Below are positions 50,670 through 64,000 of a DNA stretch of 64,000 bases, in pieces. The stretch is from NCBI GenBank assembly GCA_021613535.1, contig CP075495.1:3844001-3908000 (forward strand). Direction: 5' to 3'. Made by a program: the position numbers and the translations under genes. Each line of letters opens with the position of its first letter. The first letter of the stretch is position 1. This DNA comes from Adineta vaga (Eukaryota > Animalia > Rotifera). A model generated the notes under the pieces. It ran no database searches, was not told where the DNA came from, and saw only the letters and a program-made list of their open reading frames with translations.

Positions 50670-53600
50670 ATGATGACATACATCGAGAGATGGTTTGCTG
50701 ACCATTACACATCGTTAGATCTGCATAGGTATTTAAAGGTCAGAAATTGATCTATTGAAGAAAAGATCAAAAATAGACCGATCAATAGTAAAGATTGTAC
50801 TCTTCTTCTTCTTCTTCTCTTTTAATAGGAAGATTTAATCAAATGGTTATTTTCAATAAAATACTAATATTTAAATTTAATGATATACATTTTCTTTCGT
50901 CTTCTTTTTCTCTTTCGTGTTACTTTTACTATCGTTCATATTCATATAGAACATTTGAATTGCTGTTGTCATTTCTTTTGCCTTTACTCCTCCTTTTTCT
51001 TTTTGCGTACTCGAACTAACTCATCATAGTTTTACTCTATTTTAAAAGAAAAGAAAGATGAGAAGGTCATCTTTATATGTATGATGTATATGTATAAACA
51101 AATAAACATATACTTATAAAGAAAAACACACTTTTCTTATAAAACATAGATCTTCATGAAATAATGAAGCAAACATACACACACACACATATACGTTTTC
51201 TATGCATGAGTGTATATCGTAAATTGAAATTGATCGAGTATATAATAGACAAATAGAAGATATTTCTGATAGATAAAATTTCGTGTCATTGACGTCTATC
51301 ATTGTCTATTAAATGAGTATGGTAGAGTATAATCAACTAGGGAAAAAATCATTGAGAAAAAGAAACGTACACGCGTACACACAAGAAATAGAGAAATCAA
51401 GGTTTTCATTACCTTGATTTTCTCTTCGAGCAGGTATGTAACTATATATATATAGTTTTGATGATAGAAATTAAACTAACATCAGTCTTTTTTTCATGAA
51501 CTATACTATCTATTGTTATATGGTTAACTTGATTCGTTCAATATTGATTAATTTGCTATAGTAGTGTGAAGTTTGTAATGAGAAGAACCTTGCCGAACTG
51601 ACATCGAAGAAAAGTCTTCTCTATAGAGAAGAAAGAAAAAGAATAGAAGAGAAACGAACAAGTATTCTCCTCCCCATTTTCATTTTATTCATATGAATAT
51701 CGAAATTTTTTTTCATTGCATCATTTCATCACGTCATCTAGACATACATACACACACACGCACGCATATGAATTAGTGGTCAATCGTTTGGCTTCGACAA
51801 GCGATGAGCTTAATAGAGAGCCAATTCTTGTTGTTCTCTACATACGTGAATTCTCACCTTAGGGTAATCTTATTCAAATAGGGTCTATATCGCCTTTTGT
51901 TTCTCTCTCTCCCTTGTTGTCTCTTGATCATGGTTATATCTTTGTATAGTCGTCTTTCTTACTTTCTTTGTCTGTTATGTGACATACTGATATGCGTCTG
52001 TTAAATCATGGCTAAATATCTTTTTTCTATATTTATATTATATTTAGGTAATATATATCTCATAGTATCGTTAAAGAAAAAGAACTCGAATTGAACACGC
52101 GGACGAGAATGACGACTATTATTAGTACATCCAATCCTGATGTTAATGCTCCGACAAGTTATGTTTCACGCTGGATATCTCAAAGTCATGGTAAATATCA
52201 GAAGAGAGCTAATGAATATTTTTCTTCATCCTATGATTATCAAACTAAAACATCAATGGGTTCTACAACAACCATATCAATTATTAAAATTCCTGCAAAA
52301 GGAAATCCAAACTCTCATATGACTACTTGGGAAGCTCAAGCGAAGACACGTTCAGATGGTACAATAATTATTCCTGCAAGTTCAGATTCATCATTTCATG
52401 CATCCATTATTCATAATAATAGCAATTGTAATAATAATAACAACAACAATGATTTACAAGACAAACTAAATCGAGTTCGGTAAGTTTTGAAGAACAAAAA
52501 GAAAGAATTTATTTTCGTTCGTTTTCTTACCTGCATTTTTCAGAATTATATTAGTCTAATCTAATTTTTTTCACATTAGTCTTACGTCATAATATAAGTA
52601 CTATCGACGAAAGCTTTTTATAATAGGCATTGATAATGAATATTTTCCGGTACCTTTTTTTCTTCATCTTTTGAAATATATACCAGATTACATAACATGC
52701 CGTATACATACATATGAATGAATGAATGTATAGATGTTCATTTCTTCTTTTTCTTTTCCCCTTTATATTCAATTCAGTTCACATCGATAACAATTCATTG
52801 ACTGATTGATTCTATAGAAAAGTCGATGTTCACAATGCTTATAAGGTTGAAAGCATCCAACAAATCAAAGTATAGTTTAAATGCAAACATTGCATGATAG
52901 CTGATATGTATATGCATAAATTGAATATGACAAAAAAAATCAAATAATATTGTAATAAAAACAAAGTTTAATAGCCAAGATATTCAAATTAATTCTATAG
53001 ATGATTTTGCATACAGATATAACATCATGTGATTTTGTATATCTTAAGAGCTTTACTTGATGCTAAAAAACATCGTTCATATCGTCATGTGTCGTCCGCA
53101 ACATCAAATTTAATTCCGGCAACAATTGTTCCTCTTCTTGTTCCTTCCTTATCCGATCAAGTGCATTCAACAACATCATTAGTAGGAGATCAATCATCAT
53201 CTCCTCCTTCTCTTTCTTCACCTGTAGCACTTGAGGTAAAACTAAAGAAGGAAATTATTGAAAAACTAATTGCATATTTATGTAAATTATTTTTCTCTAG
53301 AATGTTTTTCATTCGCACGACGAATGTGTCTTGTCGTCGTCATCAAATTCTAATTATCTTTTTAATTCATCACCAAATCATCATACAGCACCGTCGATTT
53401 TACCCAGTCTTGTCGAAGAATCACCAAGTGATTCTGGTATAAGTGATGGAACAAAAACGACACATCATGATGATATCAATGAATTAACAAGTAAAAATCC
53501 TGCTATTATTGATTTAAGTAAACCTTTAAGTAAGGAGGAAATGCTTGCTATTATGCAAATTATACGAGAATTATGGAGAAAACAATTTGATTGTGAAATA

Positions 53601-55162
53601 CCTGATGTTGGTGTTAAACCACCAATTATTACATCATTTAAAAGAATAGGTGAAACATTACATAATAATACGAAAACACAATATCAATCAGCACCTGTTC
53701 TAAATAAATTAAATGCGGAATTAAATGATATTAAAGATAAAATAAAGAAATTTTCATTAGAACGTCAACAGAAAACAACCAAATTAAGCGGTAAGAAACT
53801 GTCGTATTTGTTCGAAAAGAAAAACGTTTCTTTCCTTCTTTTAAGAATCTGAAAACAGTCATTTGGATGCGGATGATCATCCATGTTTTGAGGATCCAGT
53901 TTTTGTACCTATTGGTACACCGTTATCAGTAAGAATATTTTTCAGTTCTTTGTTCTATATTGTTTCATTTTCTATTAATTAGCCGAAAGATCTAGAAAAA
54001 ATGGAAGCTAAAAAAGAAGCATTACTTCGTCGACAAACTCAACGTCGTGAACAATTATTAAGCAAACGAACTGAACGTCAAGCTGAAGCTGCGGAAAATT
54101 TTGATGAATATCGTTTATTTGAAGAATATCTTGCTCAACGTCGACAAGATGAAGAACAACGTCGTTCAACTATTTTACAAGCTCATATTGAACAGAAACG
54201 TGCTGAAGCTGATCCACCATCATCACATGATTATTACTTTGCTGCTGCTCGTAATCGTAATCGTCTGAAACGAAAATCATCGATTACATCGTTTTTATCT
54301 TTGGATGATGATCTTAGTTGTACAGGTTCATTAAACATTGCATTAACACCAAGACGTAATTCAACACGTTTTGAACTTATGTCACCAAGTATTACAGCAC
54401 CAACTACAGCATCACGATCCAAAATGAATCGAGCAGCAAGTATTTCTAGCATTAATGGTGTTTATCATTCATCAACATCATTGAATTCAAAATCAGTTTT
54501 ACCAACAAGTTTATTTGGTGGAAGTTTAATGAATCTTTCGAAATTGCAAACACCAAAGAAACGAACATCGACAGTTATGGATGATTCATTCTGTGAATCG
54601 TTAACATCATTAGCTACTTCAGCAACGGGTAAGAAGTTGTTCTATTTTTCTGAAAAGACTTTGTTCTTGTTGATATTTCTTGTAGGCGCACGTCTTACTC
54701 GAAGTCAAACATTATTATCAACGAAATCAAATAAACAAGCAATAATTAATTCTTTAAAACAAGTAGCTTTAGCTGGACCGGCAAATGAACGACAACGTGA
54801 AACAATGATTCGAGTAATGATTGTTTCTATGTTCTTTCTAGTTTCTTAATTTTTACATTTTTATTTTTATTTAGGAAATTGAATCATCTGAAGCTCGACA
54901 TTTTGTTCTTCTTTTTCGTGATCATCGTCTACAATTTCGTGCTGTTTATATGTATATAGCAGAAACTGATATGATTGAAAAATTACATGGTATTGGTCCA
55001 AATATCATTACAGAAGTAATGGTAGATAAATGGTTCAAATATAATTCTGGTAGTAAACGTTTTACTAATATTCCCATACGACATTTTTCAATTCAATGTG
55101 ATGCTGTTATTATTCATAATGAATTTTGGCAAAAAAAACTGCAGATAAACAAACTACATTAA
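50670..55162 (+). CDS. CAMSAP/patronin-like protein with coiled coil and C-terminal CKK domain, no CH domain evident
   Basis: Exons (50670-50728 tentative), 52066 or 52109-52479, 53049-53235, 53301-53790, 53846-53928, 53983-54628, 54686-54813 and 54875-55162. CKK motifs: KSNKQAIINSL..ALAGPANE, HFVLLFRDHRLQFRAVY, KLHGIGP, FKYNSGSKRFTNIP...QCDAVII. Confidence 0.85.
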
Positions 55163-57489
55163 CTCATTAACGAGAGGAGAGATTTTTGCTAATTATCTTT
55201 TTAAAGTTTTTTCTTTTTTTTTGCATGTGAATAGATTTTTTTTCTTCGATTGCGAAATATACATGCCAGATTTAGTCTTTCTTTGCTCTTAGGAGTTCAT
55301 ATTCAAGATGAGATTATCGAGATTTCTTGAAAAGATTCCCTAGATCGATGAGTAGAGCTTCCAGTAGATGTCTATGCTATATTTACTGCAATTGAATCAG
55401 AACTTCTTGATTTCAAAACTACACATGACGACATACAACATCGTGTTTCAACATTTTGAATATCATTAAAGAAAACATCAAAATTTCGAATTTGAATGAA
55501 AATAAATAATTATAAGATTATACTACCTGATGGAAAACCGTCTAAAAGATTCGTTCTCTAAGGTCAATGATAATCATAGAATAGTTTATGTGAACTCAAA
55601 ACAACACTTTGATACAATAACAGAATTCTATGAAAACAAATAAATTTTTCCTACTTATCTACTGAATTCAATAGTATCTTTATCTTTTGATTTTCCAAAT
55701 GATTTATATTTCAAAAGAAAACAATGGATTCAAATTCATCAATTGAATATTTGAACAATAAGTAATGTGATGAACAGATATGAACTATTGCATATAGGTT
55801 TTGTTTAAATTTAATGGCTGATTATTATTTCAAATCAATGAAAATCAAATAATGTAGTGACAGTGACAGTGAGTGAATATACTTTCAAAAGAAATATTGT
55901 CTTAGGTTGGTATTTTGTTTTTCGCTAACCATCTGTCTCTTCTATCATTATAATCTTGTCATAATAATTATGCCATGACTTATTTCGTTTTGTTCCTATA
56001 CGGTTCGATTATGACGCACAGTTGTTCTTCTTATCAAACAAGTATATCGATAGATGATATGCATTGACTGTATGTGTTGAATAGTTTGTGTGTATCTTAA
56101 GTCATTTTTGAGATTCTTGGACTGTCTATACTAGTTTCAGAGAAAAGTAAATTTAGACAATCATGGCGTATCATCATGTCAATGAACACTTGATATACTC
56201 GTTTTCTTAGAGCACTTGTTTTTAGAAAACTATTAAACATTACATGATATAAAGCATTTGTCAGAATTTAGTAATAATAATACGTAATATCTTGTTATAC
56301 TCATTGATGAACTCCATTCTCTGAATTATTTTTAAATATATTCATTTAACGTCGATGGAATTGATAATAATCTAACGGGCACTTTCAAAAGCCAAAGAAG
56401 AAGTATTGATTTTTTTGTATGTTTTTTATCATTGTTCCTATTAGAATCATGATTGATTGATAAAACTCACATAAACGGATCGATGAATAAACTATTTTCG
56501 TCAAATTTTGACAAGCATGGCAAGAACTAAATAAACCAGATTTCATCAAAATATTTCGAAGTCTTTCTATTTTCATATCTTATAACATATACAATTATCT
56601 TTGAATAGTTTATCGATTTTTTCTTTCTCTGGTAAATAAATCTAGTAGACAGTTATTACACTCAAAATGTTTGTTGATTGAGAAGGGGTAGTTTTCTTTT
56701 CATTTTTTTTCTTCTCTTCTTTCTTCTTTTTGACCTGCCAACATCGACGTTCAGACAAGCTTCACTCGCAAAAAAAAAGTATATGAAAGAAAAGAGGAAA
56801 AAAACGAGAAATAATAGCAACTGGTCCGTCTGTCGACGATGATGATGATGGAAAGCTAATCTTACTTAAGAGAAAAAAAGGAACTTGCGAAGGAAAAAAA
56901 GAAGAGAACGAAATAGTATAAAATGATGCTGGGTAAAAAGGAAGAAGATTCATCTATTCTCTCGCCTCGTTGCACGCATGTGTTTTTCTTTACTATGTAT
57001 GCTTGCATATGACAGAAGTTATGTCATTTACTTAGCCCAGATTCAAATATAGAATAAGGTAAGAACATCATATATTTAAAATGAACATTGATTGATTAAT
57101 CTTCTTGATCAATCTAACTCAATATTTCCGATATGTTTATTAATTACCCTATTCATTATATTATATTATAGAATTGAATAATAAATCTATCCTATGTGTC
57201 TATGTTTCTCTTGTTTTGAAAAGAACAAAATTCTATATCGATCCATTTCCCTTGTGTGTATTGACTGCCTTTTTTTGCAATCGGATGTATGTCCTAGATT
57301 AAACTCGTGCACAAACATATCGAGAATTTTATATTGATTGAAGGAGAAAAAAAAGATGTGAATATATGTTAAGTACGGCATATTGTTCAAGCTGACATCG
57401 TTCATTCTGTTCTTTCACTCAATAGTTATAACTATCGTTGTAAATGTTCGATTTTAGCTCTTTCTTTTTTGTTTTGTTTGCCATTTTAG

Positions 57490-58716
57490 ATGTTGACCCG
57501 TGCCCGATCGTTATTTTCACGTGTTTTTTCACTGGATACGCCTTCATCTCAAACACGTCTTGATGATGTTTTTGACGATATCAATGATGATACAAGTGAT
57601 GACAATGATATTGATAATGTTGTTGATGATGACGACATTGAAAATTCAACAAATGACGTGGATAATGATGATGGTTTAAGTGACAGTGATGATGAATGGT
57701 CAAATGATTCATCGAAAACATCAACAAAAAATAAAGGTAAATATGAACGACAAATCAATGAATGTCCAACAAATCAAATTAAATCCAATACAAATTGTAT
57801 TCGATCACATGAAAAATCGAAACAAAATCGTTTAATCAATGCTATGCAAATAGCCACATCACGTTGTAATGTAGAATCTATGAAACGTTTATTAAATAAT
57901 TTTGAAATTGATATTAATCATCGTGATCAGTATGGTATGAGTTATTTAGAACATGCAATACTTATGGGAAGTTTTGATATGGTAGATTTACTTGTAAGAT
58001 ACGGTTGTGATTTATATCAAGGTTAGAAAAAAACAACATCATTCATTTAAATACTAAAGAAATTCGTCATTATCTTTCTAGGTGATTCAAATGGTCATTC
58101 TTATCTATATGTTGCTATTGAAACTACAACAAATAAATCTTTACCAATAATTCGTCTTTTACTTGAATCAAAATGTTCATGTTTACGTTTAATGGATATT
58201 GTTTCATTAACATCATTACAACAAATAATCTATATCAATTCTCAAGATTTTCTTTTACTTAATGCACATTTATTATTTATCTTGAAATATCATTTACGTC
58301 GTATGGTATTAAGTGATGTTTTAAATCTTATTAGTTATTTAATAACTACGAATATTTTACTTTGTAAAAATGATGAACATTATGGTTTAAGTTCATGTAC
58401 AAAAACGGCTTTGATTCGTTTCAATTATGATTATATACATTTATTTATTCGAACATTAGGAAATAAACATGCATTAAAACTTGAACAAAAACTATTACAT
58501 TTACAAACATATTCACCTTGTTTTATATCCGTTACACATGATGATTTACAATCATATATCAATCGAATTCATGAATTAATTAAACAAGTACCAGAATTAA
58601 AACATTTAAGTCGTTTATTAATTCGACAAAATCTCAAAAATTTCAAATCATCAACGTTAGAATCGATTGTGACAACAACGAAACTACAAGACTATCTTTT
58701 GTACACACCCATATGA
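57490..58716 (+). CDS. Ankyrin repeat and SOCS box protein with an acidic N-terminal tract
   Basis: Exons 57490-58021 and 58082-58716. Ankyrin motifs DINHRDQYGMSYLEHAILMGSFDMVDLLVRYGCD and DSNGHSYLYVAI. C-terminal SOCS box VPELKHLSRLLIRQNL...KLQDYLLY. Confidence 0.8.
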
Positions 58717-59483
58717 GCTTGTATCGTTTTTTTTTAAATCTATTTTATTGTTAAAGACAACTCTTTCAACTTCAGTATATACTGATCAAATGAGATTTAC
58801 TAGATAATTACAATCCAACATGCATCAATGTCCTTGAAAAGGAAGAGACTTATTAGATTTGACAACGAGAAGATTACATATGAACTATGAGGATAAAATC
58901 ATTTACTAATGATCTTTAATAGATATTCTCCACAGAATCGATGGTTATTGATGAAACATAATCATAAATGACAGAATTTGTTTGGTTTGAAGGTTTTTTA
59001 AACGATAATTGGTTGTGACTGATAGAGTATAAATACATATCGTTGATAATGAGATTTCGAAAGGAGCAAATTTAAATTGATGAATTTGATTATATAACAA
59101 ATGAATTTGATTCTAATGTAATCAATAGGTAAATATGATTTCAATGTTTTGTTTTATTGAACAATAGATCGAAGGAAGTGTAGATCAATATAGAAACTAA
59201 CAACGGAAAGTGATTAGAAATATATAAGCATGATCCAGAATGAAAAGGATTAGACTTGTCAATTATGTTCTTATTTCGATGAATAAAAAAAAAGCATCTG
59301 ATATGATATATTAGTAGTAAATTGTGATGTTGGTGTTAGAATTCGATTTATTTCTTCTTTGTTATATTCTCAAAGAAAAAAATATATATGATATTTATAT
59401 AATACAATACAAAAGATTGTTTGGGAAGGTGAAAGAAAAAAACGTATGAAAGTGAATTATTTGTTTCACAGAATTTGAATCTT

Positions 59484-60478
59484 TTAATTGAGCATACATG
59501 ATTCATAAGTTGGTATCATATATCTACATAGAGAATAAAGTTTAGAAATACAACATAATAATAATATTTACTTGATGTTTATGAACGCATCTTCTCCACC
59601 ATGTCGTTCAAATGCTTCAAGTGTTTCATTGATAAGATCTCCTAAATTTTCACGTCGTTGTTGACCATATTCAATGTGATCACCCAAATTTGCTTAAATA
59701 GAAAAATGCATGGAATTGCTTTAGACAAATTCATAGATAAATCTTCTTACAATTCCAGTTTTTGAATAAATTAAACATCGGTAAAATCTGTCGATAGTAA
59801 GGTACGAGTGCTTCACCAATCATATCTCCTGAAGTGACTAATTGTTGAAGAATTTTCAAAGTTGTACATATAACTTTATGATTTCGCGTATTTAAAGCAT
59901 CTGTGAAATGAATCTTTGTGAAGAAAAAGAGATATACAAATGGGAATTGAATTTTACTTTTAATAGGAACGATTAATTGAGGAATAACGGGTAAAATTTT
60001 GTTTCCACCATGTTCAAGCATATCATGAATACCTTGACGTGCAAAAAAATCCCAAGGATGATCAATTTCACAAAGACCATCAAAAAATAATGGTAAATAA
60101 TGATGATAATCAAGTTTTTCAATTTCCACCTACGTGAAAGTTTTCTATAGAAACTTCTTTCGATTCAATGGGAAAAAAATTACCTTCCAAGCGATTTTAT
60201 TGCCTTTTGTATCATGTTCTAGTGCAATGGGAAAATCACCACGTTCATAAAATTTACGAAAAGCAGTTGGTTTGCTATTACGTATACGTGTTGCTTCAGC
60301 TCTTGGTGGTCCATTGACCTTAATAGATAATTTTTTTCTTAAAATTTATCAATAATACCAAATGAATTACTTTCGCGTTTTTTAAAAGAGACTTAACGGT
60401 GAACCCATCTGTTTCTAAAGGTCCTGCTTGTTGTACACGAGCATTCGTTTGACGATTTTGGGATGTGACTACAGACAT
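59484..60478 (-). CDS. PACRG: Parkin co-regulated gene protein (axonemal inner junction)
   Basis: Exons 60478-60371, 60318-60184, 60129-59958, 59900-59751, 59692-59572 and 59523-59484. Motifs: [59 protein letters not shown]. Confidence 0.97.
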
Positions 60479-61059
60479 TGTTTACAGTCGATTTCTTCAA
60501 AATGTTTCAATCGCACGTAAGTGTGATGTTCTTTTGTTTGTTGACAACAACCATTTGAAATATTGATTGCCAAGAAACAATCCTCCTTTATTTGACTTGC
60601 TTTTTTTTTGCTCAAAGATAAAATACGACATCTGTTACCTTTTTTTAACTCCGTTCTGTTCTTCGATTACATTCTCACAGAAATGTTCAGCTCAATGTCT
60701 TTCATACATATTCGTTATTTATTAACATCTAAAGATTACGACTGAGCATAAATTGTACGTTGTAGATAAACTTATTGACCCTTTCTAAAAAAAAGTTTTA
60801 TTTATTTTTTTTCTTTGTGTATAATTACGTATATCACAAAGCTACTGTAGAATACTATAGAAAAAAAAGCCATCAAACCACACGAAGAACGAATACAAAT
60901 CAGTGAGTAATACGAGTTGCAGTAATAATAATATGAAGAGAAAGAATACGAATGAGAAGCAAATGTATACAAAACAAAATGAAAACAAGAAGCGACGAAG
61001 ACAGAAAAGAATATAATCTGATGAAGACTCACAATTCATTCGATAGGTTAGAATTTATC

Positions 61060-64000
61060 TTATTGTCTAGCACTGTATGGTTTCTTAGAGAGATCAACAG
61101 ACGCTGGCGAATGTCCACCCCAGTATTTATTCATATTTTGTTGAGCACGTTCGAGAGTTTGAGATGCTAAACTACAACTTGATGATAATGAGCGTGCTGA
61201 ATGAACGGATAGAACATCATCATCTAACACAAAGAAATTCGTAAATTTATTGTTATTTATTGAATTTTTACCTTTATGACGAGCATTATAGGTTTGTCCA
61301 AAACGTTCATCTAATTTATTTAAATGATTTTGAAATGAAGATCTCGATGTTGGTGTAGAAGAATCATGATTAGAGGTATCATTATTATTATAATCTGTCG
61401 CTTCTGATTTGTACGAACGATCTGAAATACAAACATTTATTCGATTAATAAGGAGTTTTGTTTTTTGTGGGAGTTCTTACAATCATTCATGCTGGTATGA
61501 GGTCGAGGTGGTGGACGTCTATCAAAGGCATGTGTATCATAACTTGATCGACCAGCAGCATGACGAGGTTCCTGAAAGCTTGTCGAAGGACGAACTATAT
61601 CATTTCGCTAGATTATAAAACAAACGCTTTTAACAATTTTGTAAACAAAAAGATTCTCTATTTACTTGAGCAATTCGTTCATTATTTTGTGATGTTGAAT
61701 AATCATTACTTGTTTCTTGTCGTTCTTTCATTAAGGGTGAATGCGTATTTGTACTTCGATTTTCTTGTACTTTTAACGATGATGGTTTTCGAATAACATT
61801 TGAATCATCATTTGTATAATGTTTTCGATGTAATTCTCGAGCTGTATTTGATTTGAACTCTCTAGAAATGAAAAATGATCGAGCAAATTTAGAAACAATT
61901 TTGAATACATACAAATCCGAATCAGTCCGTTGACTATATAAACTTTCAGAATCCCATAACATGTGTTGTTGAACAGATGAAGAATTTAAATTTCTTACAA
62001 AAGCTTTTGTTGCGAGACTTGGTGCTTTCGGTATCGGTTCATCAATATAAACAACACGATCAACTTGATGATCTATTTGAGCAACTTGATCAGATTTTTT
62101 GGTAATCGGTTTTTCATTTTGACTTTGTTGATAATGAATTTTTGATTGAATTTGTTCATCGACTCGTCGTTTTACTTCTCGATCACGTTGACGTTCACGT
62201 TCTAAATCGCTAGACGAAAAAACAACAACAACAACAACGAAACAGTTCATTTTTTTCAGCGAATTTAATTTGAACTTTACCGATCGATAGAAATAACACT
62301 ATCAGCATCACCATCATCATTGTTCGCATCCCATGCAAGATAGCTTTTGTTTCCACCTTGACCTGTTTGTAATTGAAGTGTATGATTACGATTGAAATGA
62401 TCAGTTTCGGCGTTAGTACGATATTCATCAGCGTGTTTCCGAGCAGATTTTAATTCTTTATACCAAAATAAATTCGGATTGAAACCTGATTCTTCCTAAA
62501 AAAACAAAGAAGAAATAGACAGATTACAACTGTTCTTGAAATCTTCACTAGGGATTCTCTTTTCAGCTATAGAAATCGTCAAGAAACGAACCGTTTCAGC
62601 ATCTTTATACCATTTGCCATTTTTATAATCAAACCGCCAGAAAGGTTTATACGTTGCTTGATATTCCGATTTCCAACGTCTAAAAAGAATATGAATTCAT
62701 GTTTTTTTCTTTCATATTCAAATTATTTATTCAAACCGCAAATTTCCACGTGGATGTTTTTGCCGAAAATCCTTTCCAAATTGAACATCACCACCAGCAC
62801 CTTCATCATCTGTATGTGCATGTTCGGCTCGAGCAATTTCTTTACGTTTCTATAAAATGAATCATGGTTTTAGAAGAAAAGATGCATAATGTAATGAAAT
62901 AATTTACTCTTTCTTCAGCTTGTTCAGCTTCAAATGCTTTACGAGTACGTGGTTTCTTTTCGCCATCGATTGGTTTATAACGTGATTGATATTCACTAAC
63001 TGGATTTTTATTTATTTGACTGACCGGAACTGGACCAGGAACAGCACGATTAATTATCTGCTGTCGAGATTTATCAACATCGATATCAATACGTGGAGGT
63101 GGGTTGATAGGAACAGAAGTTTTTTCTATAAGAATCTTTTCCGATGGATCAATTACGGTAAATGGTAAGACAGGATCAGAGCGACGATCACGCTAAATAA
63201 ATAGAAGAACATTTTTGTTAATATGATTTCTTTTAATTTAATCTTATCCACATACCACTTTCGCATCTTCCACCAGCATCTGATCACTTATTAAATCTCC
63301 CAATGGTTGTTTCCAAAGATATTGTTGTTGATATTCACTTTGTGGACCGATTCGATTCTAGATAATTTGAAATTATCCGAAACTTTCTTAAAGAGGAAAA
63401 AAATTCTATTTACTCGAACAGGAACCGTTTCACGGCCTATTTGTGGATCAAATGATACAAATGGAGCTCGTTTTAGTTCCTAAATTCAAATGATAGACAG
63501 ATATGACACTAAGTTAATCTTTCAAGGTCACTTACAGTTTGAATACCACATGAATGATTATCACTTCGATGTCGATCTCCTGGAATCTACAATTCAATAA
63601 AAGAGAAAAGTTTACTTCTATTTAAAACACTATACATCGAAAGTTTTAGTCATACGATTCGCAATAAGAATGAATTAACTCTTTCGTTCTTTGAAAAACA
63701 ATAGATATCCTATCATATATAATTACTTACTCGAGGTGAAATATCCCGAACTGGTTTTCTTAATGGATAAACAGCATTATCTTGAAATTTTTCATTTCTT
63801 CCTAAAAGAGCATATTCTCGTGGTTTTGCTACTCGAGCATTGTCTTGAACGGGCTGTCGTAATCGATAGAGATGTGAATTAGAAAACTTTTCATTTGGAC
63901 CAATAACCGCAAAATTATTATTATTTCGATTTGGTGATGAATGAGCACGACGACGAGCTGGTGATAACGATGATGAACGCTTTATCGGAACTAGAAGAAA
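61060..64000 (-). CDS. MDM1: MDM1-like centriolar microtubule-binding protein (5'-partial, continues beyond the window)
   Basis: Spliced fragments read RWKSEYQATYKPFWRFDYKNGKW, ELKSARKHADEYRTNAETDHFNRNH...LAWD and a C-terminal DDVLSVHSARSLSSSCSLASQTLERAQQNMNKYWG. These resemble the recalled MDM1 motifs TEYxxKF, ELREKAxxYxxRxxGTHFSR and SARSAASS...QTLARA...FWG. Stop at 61060-61062. Confidence 0.75.

Noticed and set aside
51391-51424. Short inverted repeat GAGAAATCAAGGT-N7-ACCTTGATTTTCTC
   Set aside because: It is a single small AT-rich hairpin with no second copy, target-site duplication or pre-miRNA length.
55163-57480. 2.3-kb intergenic stretch examined for transposon or RNA gene remnants
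   Set aside because: I recognised no terminal repeats, transposase or RT motifs, tRNA cloverleaf or rRNA similarity by eye.
1-64000. CRISPR arrays, prokaryotic operons or horizontally acquired bacterial genes
   Set aside because: There is no repeat-spacer array. All recognised genes belong to animal-type families and nearly all contain introns.

Overview
This is an AT-rich eukaryotic window with many short (~50-70 nt) GT-AG introns. Composition and gene style suggest a bdelloid rotifer, but that is inference only. Manual splicing of the ORF fragments gives nine protein-coding genes. (1) A 5'-partial sacsin-like gene (+, <1..20072) ending in DnaJ and HEPN domains. (2) A convergent giant titin/twitchin-like Ig-array gene (-, 20977..43248). 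(3) A small single-Ig gene. (4) FAM199X-like. (5) CSTF1 (CstF-50). (6) A CAMSAP/patronin-like CKK protein. (7) An ankyrin/SOCS-box protein. (8) PACRG. (9) A 5'-partial MDM1-like gene. I could not support any RNA gene, CRISPR array or transposon. The most notable structure is in the 6.8-kb sacsin intron: at least four ATG-initiated exons, all phase 1, can each splice in frame to the same downstream exon, and two begin with MGN lipidation-type leaders. The sacsin itself appears to have degenerate or deleted Hsp90-like ATPase modules. CSTF1 and FAM199X lie only 77 nt apart with an orphan splice acceptor between them, an operon-like arrangement. The giant Ig protein has a six-Ig super-repeat, an internal first exon and an unusual non-Ig C-terminus. 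All homology calls come from recalled motifs, not from database searches.
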